Of a stretch of DNA of 64,000 nucleotides, positions 1 through 15,127 are shown one piece after another. Both the position numbers and the translations under genes were made by a program. The notes beneath the pieces were generated by a model that had not been told where the DNA came from, searched no databases, and saw only the letters and a list, made by a program, of their open reading frames with translations. The stretch covers positions 17,484,001-17,548,000 of the forward strand of contig OZ024751.1 of NCBI GenBank assembly GCA_964016885.1, in the 5' to 3' direction. Numbering within the stretch: the first letter of the stretch is position 1; every line of letters starts with the position of its first letter. The DNA is from Eledone cirrhosa (Eukaryota).

Positions 1-215
1 ACTTATGTGTATGTGTGTATATGTGAGGGTGTGTATGTGTATATAATATGTGTATATATAAGTGTAAAAAAATATATATATATGTGCATGTCTGTTTTTT
101 ATGTGTGTGTATATATATATATATACGTGTGTATATATATGTATATGTGGGTGTTTGTATGTGTATTTATGGTGGTATGTGTGTGTGGGTATGTATATAT
201 ATATGTGAATGTATG

Positions 216-280
<65 letters not shown>

Positions 281-622
281 CTCTATTAATGCGTGTATAT
301 ATGTATATGCATATGCCTTTTTATTTTTTATTTGTATGTCTGAGTTGGGTGAGGTTGTAGTGGTGTTTCTATGTATATACGCATATATGGATGCGTATGT
401 ATTTGTATATATGAGTATATGTAAGTGCATATGTATGTATGATTATATATCTAATTCTATGTATGAATATACATGTATATATATGTGTGTATGTAAGTTG
501 TGTGTGTATGTATGTATATGTCTATGTGTCTATATATATATGTATGTATATCTATGTATGTGTATGTATGTACATGTATGTCTATGTATGTGTGTATGTA
601 TGTGTGTGTGTATATATGTGTG

Positions 623-677
<55 letters not shown>

Positions 678-1299
678 GTATATATCTTTATTATTTATTT
701 TTTTTTTTTTTTATATATGTGTGTGTGTGTATGCGTGTGTGTGTGTGTGTGTATATATATCTTTATATATGTGTATGTGTATGTTCGTGTAGGTGTATGT
801 GTGTGTATGACTTTATATGTATGTGTGTATGTGTGTATGCGTATATATTTCTATGTGTGTGTACATGTATGTATGTGTGTGTATGTGTTATGTGTGTATG
901 TGTATATGTATGTATATATATATATATATATGTATGTATATATATATATATATATATATGTGTGTATATATATATATATATATCTATATGTTTTTCTATT
1001 TGTATATGTATGTGTGTATAGGTATATACCTTTCTCTTTGTATGTCTAAGTTGTGTGATAGTGTAGTGGTGTTTGTATGTATATACCGATATATAGATGC
1101 GTAAGTATTTGTCTGTATGTATGTATGTAAGTCTGTATATATTTGTGTGTATATATAGCTATGTATGTGTATATCTGTATGTATATTAGTATGTAAGTGT
1201 TGTATATGTGCATGTATGTGTGTGGTTATATATATGTGTGTCTATATAGTATGTGTGATTATATATATATGTATGTGTACATGTATGTGTATATACATA

Positions 1300-1342
<43 letters not shown>

Positions 1343-1531
1343 GTGTATTTGTATGTATGTGTGTATATGTATGTATGTGTGTATATGTATATGTTTATAT
1401 ATGTGTGTGTATGTATGTTCTTAGTGTGGATGTGTGTATATGTATGTATGTGTTTGTATATGTGTGTATATATATATATGTATGTGTGTGTGTGTGTCTA
1501 TGTGTATATATATGTATATATATATGTGTAT

Positions 1532-1595
<64 letters not shown>

Positions 1596-1600
1596 TTTCT
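1..1600. repeat. Degenerate (TA)n/(TG)n/(TATG)n microsatellite field
   Basis: Direct reading. ORFs here are Y-I/V-C dipeptide artefacts. Confidence 0.95.
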
Positions 1601-2227
1601 TGATATATTTCTTTTTTCTTTTTTCTTTCTATTCTTTCCTCTTTAATGTTTATTTATTATTTATTATTTTTTATTTTCTTAGTTTATAGATACATCTATA
1701 TTAGGCAGTCTGCTCAGACCGTTGAATACTGACCTCCCCCCCCCCCTCCCACCTAATTTCTGTATCTTGATCTAAATGTGTGTGCCAGTGTTTATGTGAG
1801 TGAATTAATATCCATGTGCTTATGATTTTATATCCACATATATAAATGTGAGTGGGGGTGTGTGTGTGTTTGTATGTTCGTGGTTATGTGTATATTTATG
1901 CATATACGCGCGTGTATGTGTGATTGTACGGATATGTGTGAGTATGAAAAAATATATTTATATACTTAATTTCATATCTGTGTGTCTATACGCATCTTAT
2001 CTGTGCATTATAAACTTACAGAGACATTAACCTTGAAATTTTGTATTTGCATCCATCCTTTTAGTATGCGTATACAAATTATACATACATTTTTGTAAAA
2101 TATGTGTAAGGGTTTTACATGTATATACACACACCGAACTGCATTTAACCCTTTGTGTTTTCATTGGTCAATTTTGTTCCCAAACGGACCTGAAATTTTG
2201 AATTGTTGTTATTATCAATAAATATAC

Positions 2228-2381
2228 TTCATTATTTCTGAAGACGGCGTATATATGTATTGGTATGTATATTTAATCTTGATAGTTTGTATAATTTTGT
2301 ATAATTTTGTACATAGATCTGTTGAATATGCATGCCAATTCTAACACATATATATCCTAGAAACGATCGTTAAATAATGAA
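2228..2381 (+). ncRNA. Type I hammerhead ribozyme motif with long stem II (PLE terminal repeat)
   Basis: TTCATTATTTT-CTGAAGA (2239-2245), ~115 nt stem II (TTGGTATGTATATT pairs AATATGCATGCCAA), GAAA (2360), palindrome CGATCG, TT, then AAATAATGAA pairing with the 5' strand. A truncated inverted copy lies at ~53290-53405. Confidence 0.7.
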
Positions 2382-2440
2382 CTTTTTTTGTTTAATATAA
2401 GGAATAGTCTCATTGTTTATTCATTATTTGTTTAATATTT

Positions 2441-2498
<58 letters not shown>

Positions 2499-2523
2499 TA
2501 CATATATATATACACATATATAC

Positions 2524-2607
<84 letters not shown>

Positions 2608-2900
2608 AAATTTACAAAGAGCAGACAAGACGACAAGCGGAAACAAAACGAAAATAGAATTTGTAAAAATTTGTGTTTTTTTCTACAAATTCGACAAATT
2701 TCATACTTGACGACACAATATTTTGAATATATAGTTTCGAATTCAATGTTCGAAGTTCAAATATCACCAGGCTAAATCTTGGCTTTCATACTTCCAAGTT
2801 CAAATCTAAAAAACGTACGTTATATTATGAGGTTAATATAATTTCACTTTTCCCAATATTGCTGGCTATGAGCCAATGTTAGAAAGGAATATAGTATATA

Positions 2901-3091
2901 AATAATTGTTTCTACTTTAGGCACAAGGCCAGCAATTAACCAGTGCATTACTGGTACTTTATTTTATCACCCCGTAAGGATGAAAGGCAAAGTCAACCTC
3001 GGCGGGATTTGAACTCAGATCGTAAAGGGACGTAACTATGCTAGAAAGCATGACATCCGACCTTCTACCGATACTGCCAATCCACCGCCCA
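2901..3091 (-). mobile_element. tRNA-derived SINE family A
   Basis: Reverse complement of the GGATTGGCAGTATCGGTAGA...GAGTTCAAATCCCGCCGAGG...GCCTTGTGCC...GAAACAATTAT unit. It has A/B-box-like motifs and >12 copies in the window. Confidence 0.85.
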
Positions 3092-3500
3092 CTATAGTAT
3101 ATAAATAATGTTATTACTTTCCTTTCTAAAATGTATGACACTCCTCGCTCACGTTGTACAAAAATACATCTAATTTCACAAGCCCAAATATAGATCGATT
3201 AAGCTAAATACGAGCTCCAATATGAACGAGACAGCAATTATAATTAGTATGTCCCATCCCATCTGCTAACGATATCAACTAAAATATCTAAAATCTCTGA
3301 TATCACATTAAGTTGTATGTATTTTAAGATATCATATTTCGATATAAATTAAGTGACAAATTGCTAATTTCTCAAGTTTTAAAAATACCATTCACAAAAA
3401 AAAATTAAATCAACAAAATGAACGTTTTCTGTTTGTGCGTGTGTCCTTGGTCATATATATATATATATATATATGATATGGATCGAAATTGCAACTGCTA

Positions 3501-3555
<55 letters not shown>

Positions 3556-3808
3556 GAATATATACAAATATAAGTAAATGTATCTATATGTATATATATA
3601 AATATAAGTATATGTATGTATAAATACATATGTTTGATTATATATATATATATATAATGTATAAATACATATGTATGTATGTATAAATAAATGTATATAT
3701 ATATGTATATATATATAAATATATATATAAGTACATGTCTGTTAATATATATATATATCTACATTATATATATGTACATTATATATATAAGTATACACAC
3801 ACACACAC

Positions 3809-3839
<31 letters not shown>

Positions 3840-4152
3840 GGTGTGTGGTAGAGGTTGATACCTTCTATATGGCTGCCATTGCTCACGGCACTTTACAAAA
3901 CATTAACTAGATGACAAACTATTAAATAATGGAATAATTGAGTTTCTATTCTTGGCTAATATTTAATTTTTCATTACAATCACGGCAATATTTTATTTAA
4001 TGGACATTATATAGATTCATGTCAAACTTTGAAATGAAATTCTCTATTGTAATTTCAGGCTTTGAGCGATGTTTGTGACACAAATTTGTATTCGGAGGGA
4101 ATATTGTTTCGAAGTATGCATAAATATGTGTCTATATGTATATATATATATA

Positions 4153-4243
<91 letters not shown>

Positions 4244-4250
4244 ATATGTA

Positions 4251-4383
<133 letters not shown>

Positions 4384-4501
4384 TCAGTAGTTAAGCAAAA
4401 CAAGACCACAATTTTCACAAAGAAGACATTATTAAAAGATTGTCAACATATTTTAGTTTGATGTAAGGTATGTAGAGAATAATAATAATAATATTAATAA
4501 T

Positions 4502-4690
4502 AATTGTTTCTACTTTAGGCACAAGGCCAGCAATTTATCAGTACATTACTGGTACTTTATTTTATCGACCCCGTAAGGATGAAAAGCAAAGTTAACCTCG
4601 GCGGGATTTGAACTCAGACTGTAAAGGGACGTAACTATGCTAGAAACAATGGCGTCCAACCCTCTACCGATACTGCCAATTCACCGCCCT
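4502..4690 (-). mobile_element. SINE family A
   Basis: Full-length match to the other family A copies. Confidence 0.85.
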
Positions 4691-4716
4691 TAATAATATG
4701 AATAATAATAATGTCC

Positions 4717-4837
4717 GTTTACAATTGTTTCGCTACTCCATATAATATTTCTGGATCAGATGACTATATATCATAATTGATCTGGTTCAGTTGAAAATAA
4801 TTAACATATTTAAAAAAACAGAGTGGCTCATCGGAAC
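4717..4837 (-). ncRNA. Type I hammerhead-like motif, CCGAUGA core variant
   Basis: Minus strand: GTT-CCGATGA-GCCACTCT...GGAGTAGC-GAAA-CAATTG-TA-AAC. Stem I is short and stem II is long. Confidence 0.6.
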
Positions 4838-5477
4838 TTCAAAGGAATATAAATTAAAATAATGGGATAATGTTACATAATATAATGTTCCATATATTGG
4901 TTTTTACTATGGTATCTTGGTTGCATCAGTTGTCAGACATAATCAAGCAGTATTCATCTGTCGAGGTTGCATTGTGTGAGATCTGCCTATGGGTAACAAG
5001 ATGGCTGCCAAAGGGCATATTTACCTTACTAATTAGAGGGTGGTTTCAGGGGAAGTAACTTATCGAGAGATTAGAAATTGTGGGTGTTTATAGTTAAGTA
5101 CTAATTTTTTAAATTGTTTTAATTGAGAGACAATGTAGGGGAGGTAACTTAAAATTATCGAGTTGTTCATAGCAATTTAACTTATTAGCTAAAGTAAAAA
5201 TGGGGCTACATGACTAAGTTGGGTCAAAGATTCTATTGGCGAAGGAATTAGCCCTTCGATGTTGACAGCTAATGGTTACCTCCGTTCTATCATTAATCGG
5301 TAGAGGTCGTGATAGAGTTATGTAATATACTTCCGTAATACAGACATCACAAGATTTTCGTCGTCCATTGAATGGTTGGGCCCTAGCCACGATATCCCAT
5401 TTTAGTGAGTGGAACGTCCAAAGGTTAAGGTTGTCTTTTTTCCGGGTATGTCAATATTTATTTATAAAACAAATCTG

Positions 5478-5543
5478 TATTTTATCTGATGAAAGCGCAC
5501 CATAATTTGCCTTGGTTGCCCTTGAAATATATATCATAAAATA
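5478..5543 (+). ncRNA. Type I hammerhead ribozyme, minimal palindromic stem III
   Basis: TATTTTAT-CTGATGA-AAGCGCACCA..TGGTTGCCCTT-GAAA-TATATA-TC-ATAAAATA. Perfect 8-bp stem I, extended by TTTATAAAAC/GTTTTATAAA. Predicted cleavage after 5535. Confidence 0.85.
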
Positions 5544-5584
5544 AGTATGGTTTTATAAATATAGTTTCCATTTATTAATATATT

Positions 5585-6190
<606 letters not shown>

Positions 6191-6500
6191 ATTTATTAAA
6201 ATAACAGATAAATGTTTAAGCCAAGAATCGCTGCTTTCACCCTTAACGGGATCTTCTGAAATATTTGCTCTAGATTGTTATATATTTGATATATATTTAT
6301 CCTTATCGAGCCATCTTTCGATTTTAGTCTTCAAATTTATTATTATTACTATGTATGTATATATATATATATATTATATATATTATGTATGTGTATATAT
6401 ATATATGTATATATGTATATATGTGTGTGTGTGTATATATATGTATATATGTGTGTTTGTGTGTGTATATGTATATGTGTGTATTGTGTGTTTGTGTGTG

Positions 6501-6533
<33 letters not shown>

Positions 6534-6575
6534 ATATATATGTCTGTGTGTGTGTATATATATATGTGTGTGTAT

Positions 6576-6617
<42 letters not shown>

Positions 6618-6907
6618 TTTACACGTAAATTTAAATTATATATAATGTATACATACGTATATATCAATGCATACTTATATATATATTTTTCATAGCTTTG
6701 AAGCTATATTAGTGTCATAAGTGCATTTATCAATCAGACCTTATTGATTTCAAACTGTCATGATATTTGACTGAGGAATCTACATTATCTGGCTCATCCC
6801 CCTTTACCTCTGAGAACCAGGAACTTAATTATTGTGTATCAATTTGGTTCCGAACCAGCGACAATACGGCATTTTGTTTCAAACAAATTATTTATAAATG
6901 TTAGTGG

Positions 6908-7099
6908 ATGGCGGTGGATTGGCATTATCAGTAGAGGGTCGGACGCCGTGCTTTGACGCATAGAGTTACGGCCCTTGCCATTATGAGTTCAAATCACGCC
7001 GAGGTTAACTTTGCCTTTCATCCTTATAGGGTCGATAAAATAAAGTACCAGTAATGTACTGAGTAATTGCTGGCCTTGTGCCAAAAGTAGAAAAAATTA
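6908..7099 (+). mobile_element. SINE family A
   Basis: Full-length family match. A 3' fragment is also at ~7634-7718. Confidence 0.85.
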
Positions 7100-8129
7100 T
7101 TTATAAATGTTAGTTGTTTTTATTTCGTAATAACAGAAATACCACAAACATAACTACATTCTTTTCCAAACAATAAAAATACATTTAAGATTTTCGCTTT
7201 GTGGACATGGTTGGAATATTACTTCTAATGTTTCGTACATAATTAAGGTCGAATTTCAAAGACATAATTTATTTTATGTGCCTTTCTGTAAAACGAAAAG
7301 AAAAAAAGAAAGATTATACCAAGAAAGCTATGTTCCTATTGGTATGTATATTGCTTATATTGCGTGCCTGTTACAGTATCTGAAAGAGTCGTCACTCGTG
7401 TCAGAGTTCAGAATAGAAAACAGAATATGCAATACTGGCAGCTATCCTATAATCCCATCAATCTAGTGCCTTTGATTTATTTTTTTGTATCTATTTAAAG
7501 TGAAAGGACGAAAGGGAAAGTTCCGTACAGTGGAACTTGACATCAGAACTTACACAGCCAGAATAATATTTCCCGATTGTACAAACTGTATATCCCCATT
7601 TTTTTCAAGTATCAAAAATATGTGTGTAGGTAATAATCCTTACGAGGTCGATAAAATAAAGTACCAGTAATACACTGGCGTAATTGCTGGCCTTGTGCCA
7701 AAAGGTAGAAACAATTATTTCTATTTCAAAAACATTACAATCAGCAGCCCTAAATTTTACCAATTTCTTCTCTTTAGAAATACAGTCCATTGGCTTTCAT
7801 TCCTTGTTTCTAATTTTCTATCACTTCTAATTCACCAATCATCAAATTTTGAAATTGATCGTCAGCTGCAAAGATTTCAATTTCTTTGATTAACTACGTA
7901 GAATACACTGGTTCATTTTCTGGCTTCAAATTTCTGATTGCTTCAACAGATGTATTGTTTACAGACGCTAAATGAGTGGGAGGCGATGTATATTCATTAC
8001 AGCAAATATCACTACTTGAAATCTATATTGTAATCTGAGTAACTTCTGTTGCCTAGGACAGTAACTATGTTTGCACCGATGTACTATTAATGAACTTATC
8101 TGATTTATGACACACCCACCTACCATATG

Positions 8130-8165
<36 letters not shown>

Positions 8166-8169
<4 letters not shown>

Positions 8170-8432
8170 TATGTATGTATACGTACATACATATATGTAT
8201 ACAGACGTACAGTAGCATGCATATATATATATATATATATATATACATACAGGTACACATACATATATGTACGTATCAGTTTAGCGGACGCTTATTATAA
8301 CGCCCGCTTTGTTCGTTTGTAAACAAACGTACGGCATAAATTCAGGCTGTTCAGTTTGTTTACAAACGAACAAAGCGGGCGTTATAATAAGCGTCCGCTA
8401 AACTGATACGTACATATATGTATGTGTACCTG

Positions 8433-8490
<58 letters not shown>

Positions 8491-8542
8491 TGCTACTGTA
8501 CGTCTGTATACATATATGTATGTACGTATACATACATACTTA
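8166..8542. repeat. Near-perfect fold-back (inverted repeat)
   Basis: Arms 8166-8328 and 8354-8542 differ essentially only in (TA)n length. Spacer is 25 nt. Confidence 0.9.
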
Positions 8543-8764
8543 CAAGTAAGTGCCGTACTAAGAGTGAGAAATGAAATTTCGTTTTCATTTTATTACAACT
8601 TATATATATATATGTGTGTGTGTATGTGTGTGTATCTGTGTGTATGTGGGTGTTTATATGTATGCATTTATATATATATATATATAAATATATATACACA
8701 TAAATACATATACATATATATATATAATATTAAAATATTAATAAAATAGATGTTCTTTTTATGA

Positions 8765-8827
8765 ATTACATTTTATTATACATATTTCGGATGTACAACA
8801 GTACGTCCTCATCAGACAAATTATAAT
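8765..8827 (-). ncRNA. Type I hammerhead ribozyme motif
   Basis: Minus strand: ATTATAATTTGT-CTGATGA-GGACGTAC-TGTT-GTACATCC-GAAA-TATGTA-TA-ATAAAATGTAAT. Confidence 0.8.
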
Positions 8828-9637
8828 GATACATGACATACCCTGTGATGTTAAATGGTTGAGATTTAATCAAGGTAGTGATTAACCCCGGAGAAAGTTT
8901 TACTTATATTCAATTTATGAGAAAATGCGAAGACGTAATAAAACTCATTAGAGAATGTGTGAGTAAGAAAAAAAACAAAACAACGTTGCATTCTTTAACT
9001 GTTCTAAAAGTTTTAAATTGCATGATACTACAAATTTATCTATGAGGTCATCTCAGAGGACATCTCATGAATCTTAACTGCCAGTGATAGCCACTGGAAA
9101 ATGATTTATAAAAGAGGGTGGAGGTGGGGGGGGGGGGATATGCAGAAGGAGCTTTATTCCGAAAATTAAACGGTTAAATTTGAAAATATTTAATTTATAG
9201 TATTAGGGTGAAGACTCCAGGTTTTCGGGATTATTTTCAGGTTATTTGTGTATTGTTTATATGAATTCGATAAGTATATTATCATTTCTAAACTTTTGAA
9301 TTTTATGAGTGTAACATTTAAAAATTTAGTTGGCGCATAAAGAATGAAATATTATATTCTTGGTCATTTAACTAAATTCAAACTTAAACATATATACCAA
9401 CATCTTATGTATGTATAGCTGTTTAAGTATTTAATTCTTATGAATATTTAAATAACTATTATGTCTATAGGTATATATTAATGAGCCAGTATGATTAAGG
9501 TAAATAATCACGAATATAAAAATAAAATATGATAATATATTGAAGGATTTTAAGTATAAATATATACCTATGTATGATTGGATGTAAATGCAGTAATTAT
9601 ACTTTAACCAAGATATCAACATGCTATTAGATATATG

Positions 9638-9702
<65 letters not shown>

Positions 9703-9809
9703 TATTTTCCGTTGTGTTGTAATATAAATATTACACACAGTAGATTATCAGCTCACGTAGAGTTTGCTCGACGGTTCCAATTGTAGTTCCAAAAGTAATC
9801 CGGAGAAAA

Positions 9810-11094
9810 ATAGAAAGATTTGAATGGATACAGTTTAGTTGAAAGGAATTTATTGACACGTGTTTCTATAACACGCCGAGTACTACGATAACGCCCTTAG
9901 TAAAGCAGGCTACCTCAACAAAATAGAGTACATAGATGGGAACAATCAAAACACCCAAAATAAATCCCACATAGGTAGATATAATAACACAACACCAAAC
10001 CACACTTACTACCATAGTATGCACACCAGTAAACCAACAAACAAAACTAATAGAAAGCGATGCAAAGAGTACTTATGGTATAACCCCGAATACAATAGTT
10101 CCATTAGTACAAATTTACCAGTACTCTTCTTTAAAATAATTAAAAGACATTTTCCCACATCACACAAATACCACAAAATCCTAAACCCTACCACTATAAG
10201 ACTGCCATACTCTACAGCGTTAAACCTTGAACAACACATAAAAAAGATCAATACTAGAAGGTTAAACGAAAACACTAAGAACTTAAGTACAAAGAACACA
10301 AAAAAAACAGTAGACAATACACTACAGAACATAAATAAACCACACCTAAGTTCGTCCGCAATACTACTCCAAAGAAAACCCAACGTACACAACTGTAACT
10401 GCACCTATCCTGACAACTGACCCCTCGGTAATAACTGCCTGGAAAAAAATATTATTTATAAGTGTACCATTAAATCCGGAGGCAACGAGTGGTATTACCT
10501 GGGATCAACGGCAACATCGTTTAAATCTCGATTGTATAGGCATTCTTACTCAATAAAACACCAGAGCCAAAGAAATGTAACAACTTTAGCAGAAAAAGCT
10601 TGGACGCTCAGGGATAGCCATCAAAAGTTTACCCTAAAATGGGAGAAATTAGCTAAAACCCAAAGCTTTTCCAGGAGCCAAAATTTCTGCAAATTGTGTA
10701 ATCTTGAGATTTATTACATAATTACACACAAGAAGAAACTGCTGAATAACAGAATTGAACGAACATTATTCTGCCGTCACAGAACTAAAACCCTTTTTTC
10801 CCACTACAAGCCGAATATTACATAAAAGAGGGACATCCCCCAACTATATAAACCTTAATCTAGTTAGAAAAATATAAAAACAATCTCTTCTCAACATATA
10901 TTAATAACCTTAAATTACCACACTAATAATGGAAAGATATGCTGATGAGAATAGGTGCAAATATGCGATAATGAATGTGTCTAAAAACGTCCATAAGTAT
11001 GTATATATATATGTGAAAATGTATATAAATAAGTAAATATATATATATGTTTGATGTGTATAGTTAGATGTAAGTGTATTCATGTATTAAAGTG

Positions 11095-11131
<37 letters not shown>

Positions 11132-11840
11132 ATATAGATGTGTATGTATGTGTATGTGTGTACACATGGACTAGAGTATGTATGTATATATGTGTGTGTC
11201 TATACGTGTGTATATAAAGATAAGTTGAGTATGAAAATGTATACACATGAGCGCGTATGTATGTACATGAATACATGTGTGTATATATATGTGTATGCAT
11301 GTGTATATGTATGTAAGTATGAATATGTGAATTGTGAGTATATGTATTTTGTAGAAGTGTGCAAATATATTTGTGTGTGAATGCGTGGGTGAAAGGATAC
11401 GTACACTTGAAAGAAAAATTTAAGTCTGAATGTTAATTAAGTGCAAACACAAAACCAACCACGCATATCTTTACTATCTCTAATCCTTCTATAGATTTAG
11501 AAAAATAACCAATAATATATTCTATAAAAAATGTCAAAACAACAGATGGGAATCTAATTACTCACTGCCACCAAGAATTCTCACTGCTATCGAAAAACCA
11601 CTCCTTCAACTATTCTTCTAACAACTTCACCCCTCCCTCCTAATATTCTCTATAAAAACTAAATAGGTCCTCAGTAATATTATTCTGATGAAATGACAGT
11701 AAATAATAACATTGAAATATTGAATGTCTGCATAACTAAAACTTTGTAGATAGCAGCTGTTTTCAGGTTATGTAACTGTTATAGAAACACGTGTCAATAA
11801 ATCCCTTTCAACTAAACTGTATCCATTCAAATCTTTCTAT
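9810..11840 (+). mobile_element. Penelope-like retroelement, 5'-truncated, with inverted 5' copy of its 3' end
   Basis: ORF remnants ~9875-10825: WYNPEY..F..II..HFP..HKYHKI linker, CNC..CPL..NCL..IIYKC..YLGST (GIY-YIG variant), CKLCNLE..CRH. 9810-9873 is the reverse complement of 11777-11840. Confidence 0.85.
11678..11802 (+). ncRNA. Type I hammerhead motif in PLE 3' terminal repeat
   Basis: TATTATT-CTGATGA (11685), stem II ATGACAGT/ACTGTTAT enclosing a long insert, GAAA (11784), palindrome CACGTG, TC, AATAAAT. Confidence 0.75.
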
Positions 11841-11847
11841 ATATTCT

Positions 11848-12065
11848 AGTCGATCGACTTTCGTCAAATCGGACCGAGGAAACTATGTTTCCGTTGGTCT
11901 TTCCAATTGCTAATACTATCTATCGGTCGCAACTCCAGGTAGAAGGAGCAACGTGAAATAAAGTGTCTTGCTCAAGGACATAACGCATTGCCTGGTTCAG
12001 GAATCGAACTCACAACCTCACGATTGTGAATCCAATACTCTAACCACTCAGCCACACGCCTTCAC
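11848..12065 (-). mobile_element. tRNA-derived SINE family B
   Basis: Minus strand: A box TGGCTGAGTGG, B box GAGTTCGATTCC, central GTCCTTGAGCAAGACAC motif and a structured 3' tail shared with other copies. Confidence 0.85.
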
Positions 12066-12067
12066 TT

Positions 12068-12328
<261 letters not shown>

Positions 12329-12347
12329 ATTATTATATTTTAGGCAA

Positions 12348-12538
12348 AGGGCGGTGGATTGGCAGTATGGTAGAGGGTCGGACACCATCCTTTGACGCAT
12401 GGAGATACGGCCCTTGCCATTCTGAGTTCAAATTCCGCCGAGGTTAACTTTGCCTTTCATCCTTATGGGGTCGATAAAATAAAGTACCAGTAATACACTG
12501 GGTAATTGCTGGCCTTGTGCCAAAAGTAGAAACAATTA
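12348..12538 (+). mobile_element. SINE family A
   Basis: Full-length family match. Confidence 0.85.
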
Positions 12539-12932
12539 TATTTTAGGCAAATGATAACAGTTATAATTTTATCAACATGTTACATTTAAATAAACATATA
12601 TGTACATAAAAAAACAACAGTGTGTGTATGGATAATATAGTGTTCGAAATAATGTCTATTTTATATATTCTTTTCCAGTGGCTATCACTGGCTGTTTAGA
12701 TTCATGAGATGTCTTCATAGATAAATTTGTAGTATCATACAACTTAAAACTTTTAGAACAGTTAAAGTATGCAACGTTTTTTATTTTTTTTTGTTAAGTC
12801 ACACAGTCTCTAATGGTTTTATTACGTTTTCGCATTTTCTCATAAATTGAATATAAGTAAAACTTTCTCCGGGGTTAATCACTGCCTTGATTAAATCTCA
12901 ACCATTTAACATCTCAGGGTATGTCATGTATC

Positions 12933-12995
12933 ATTATATTTTTTCTGATGAGGACGTACCGTTGTACATCCGAAATATTTATGAGAAAATGTAAT
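12933..12995 (+). ncRNA. Hammerhead motif, probably inactive (UG at cleavage site)
   Basis: CTGATGA-GGACGTAC-CGTT-GTACATCC-GAAA-TATTTA-TG. Inverted paralogue of 8765-8827 within ~370-bp inverted arms (8725-9101 and 12670-13036). Confidence 0.7.
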
Positions 12996-13131
12996 TGATA
13001 AAAAGAACATCTATTTTATTAATATTTTAATATTAATAACTCCAGAAATGAATGAATTAATTTACCCTTGAGTGCTTCCAATCTACTGTAAAACTTATTC
13101 TTTGACATAATCATTGAATATTGTTTAACAC

Positions 13132-13174
<43 letters not shown>

Positions 13175-13204
13175 TACATACAGATATATATAACATATAT
13201 AAAT

Positions 13205-13273
<69 letters not shown>

Positions 13274-13311
13274 TACATACACATATATATAACATATATA
13301 AATATACATAC

Positions 13312-13368
<57 letters not shown>

Positions 13369-13487
13369 ATAAATATGCATACATATATATATTAATATAT
13401 AGTCTGGATTGCTCTTGCCTGGAGATATTACGAAATAGCTCATACCAAACACGCACATATACATATATATATGTATGTATATTATAT

Positions 13488-13541
<54 letters not shown>

Positions 13542-13578
13542 ATTAAATAAATGGAAACTATATTTATAAAACCATATT

Positions 13579-13644
13579 TATTTCATTATATATATTTCGG
13601 GGATATCATATTAACAATATGCTATGCCTTCCTCAGACAAAATA
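13579..13644 (-). ncRNA. Type I hammerhead motif (CUGAGGA)
   Basis: Minus strand: TATTTTGT-CTGAGGA-stem II with CATATT/AATATG-GAAA-TATATA-TA-ATGAAATA. Same 3' flank as the 5478 family. Confidence 0.7.
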
Positions 13645-13721
13645 CAATATAAACAGTTTTATAGATAAATAGATTCGACATACCGTAACAACACCGACTC
13701 GCATTTGAAGAGGTTGGATTG

Positions 13722-13943
<222 letters not shown>

Positions 13944-14096
13944 CATATCTGCGTAACTGTTTATTTATTAATAACATATAGCAACGGTTTCTACGGAACT
14001 AGGACTGTTTTACTTACATGAAATCATCAGGAATCTCGAATGTTTTGAGTACCTAATTTAACAGTGTTTTTTTCCCTGTCCACATCGGGAATCCTT

Positions 14097-14151
<55 letters not shown>

Positions 14152-14187
14152 TACAGAATAATCAGAACTATGTTCAAAACATTTTAT

Positions 14188-14234
14188 TGCTGACAATCTT
14201 TTCTTCCAAACTTTCCTTTGTGATCATCGGAGCA
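14188..14234 (-). ncRNA. Degenerate hammerhead motif, CCGAUGA core variant
   Basis: Minus strand: TGCT-CCGATGA-TCACAAAG GAAA GTTTGGAA-GAAA-AGATTG-TC-AGCA. Related to the motifs at 33869 and 62842. Confidence 0.6.
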
Positions 14235-14657
14235 CTACCAACATTTAGACATATAATTAACCCCCTATTCCACAGAACGATCGTAAAGATACATAGATGT
14301 TAGTGTTGTAATTAACAATTTCATATTTAAAGAGTGACGGGGATGTGGTCAGTATCAGTGGATGCGACAAAGATTATAAAAAAATAATACAACAATTATA
14401 GAGGAATTAAAGAAGAAAGTTACTCGCAAAACGAGTACATTAGCAGTGCTTATGCAAGCGTAGATAAAGAGTGCAGATGTGTTAGGCATGTACAGAATAA
14501 CCAGGTAAGAAACAAGCAATGGTAGTAAGCATATATATCACAGTATGGCAAAGGAATCACATGATAGAATACAGGTATAAAAGAATATTAAGCAGACAGA
14601 GATGCTTGTGTATGAAAAGCAGTTTCTATGAAGTTTATGGTGGATGTATATATATAC

Positions 14658-14734
<77 letters not shown>

Positions 14735-15016
14735 TAAAAAAACGAAAGGAGCTGTGTGGTTACTGTAAACAAAGTTTAAGATGGTAGTATGGACGAAACA
14801 AGAGAAGAACAGAAATCCATCAGCTGTAAACCGAGATCAAGATGTTTGAGCGCTTAATACAGAACATTTAAAAGCGATCAACCTCGCGCCCAAGGCCTTT
14901 TATCGATCAAAAGGCCAGGAGGGAAAAAAAAAAAAAGAAAAAGAAGAAAGGGTGAAAGTAGTGAAGAGAGAAGAAGAAAGAGAAAAAGCAGGTAAACAGC
15001 CAAAATGGTGGAGGGG

Positions 15017-15127
<111 letters not shown>

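Noticed and set aside
11990-12065. tRNA-like sequences with A/B boxes
   Set aside because: They are SINE heads fused to repeat bodies, with no complete cloverleaf.
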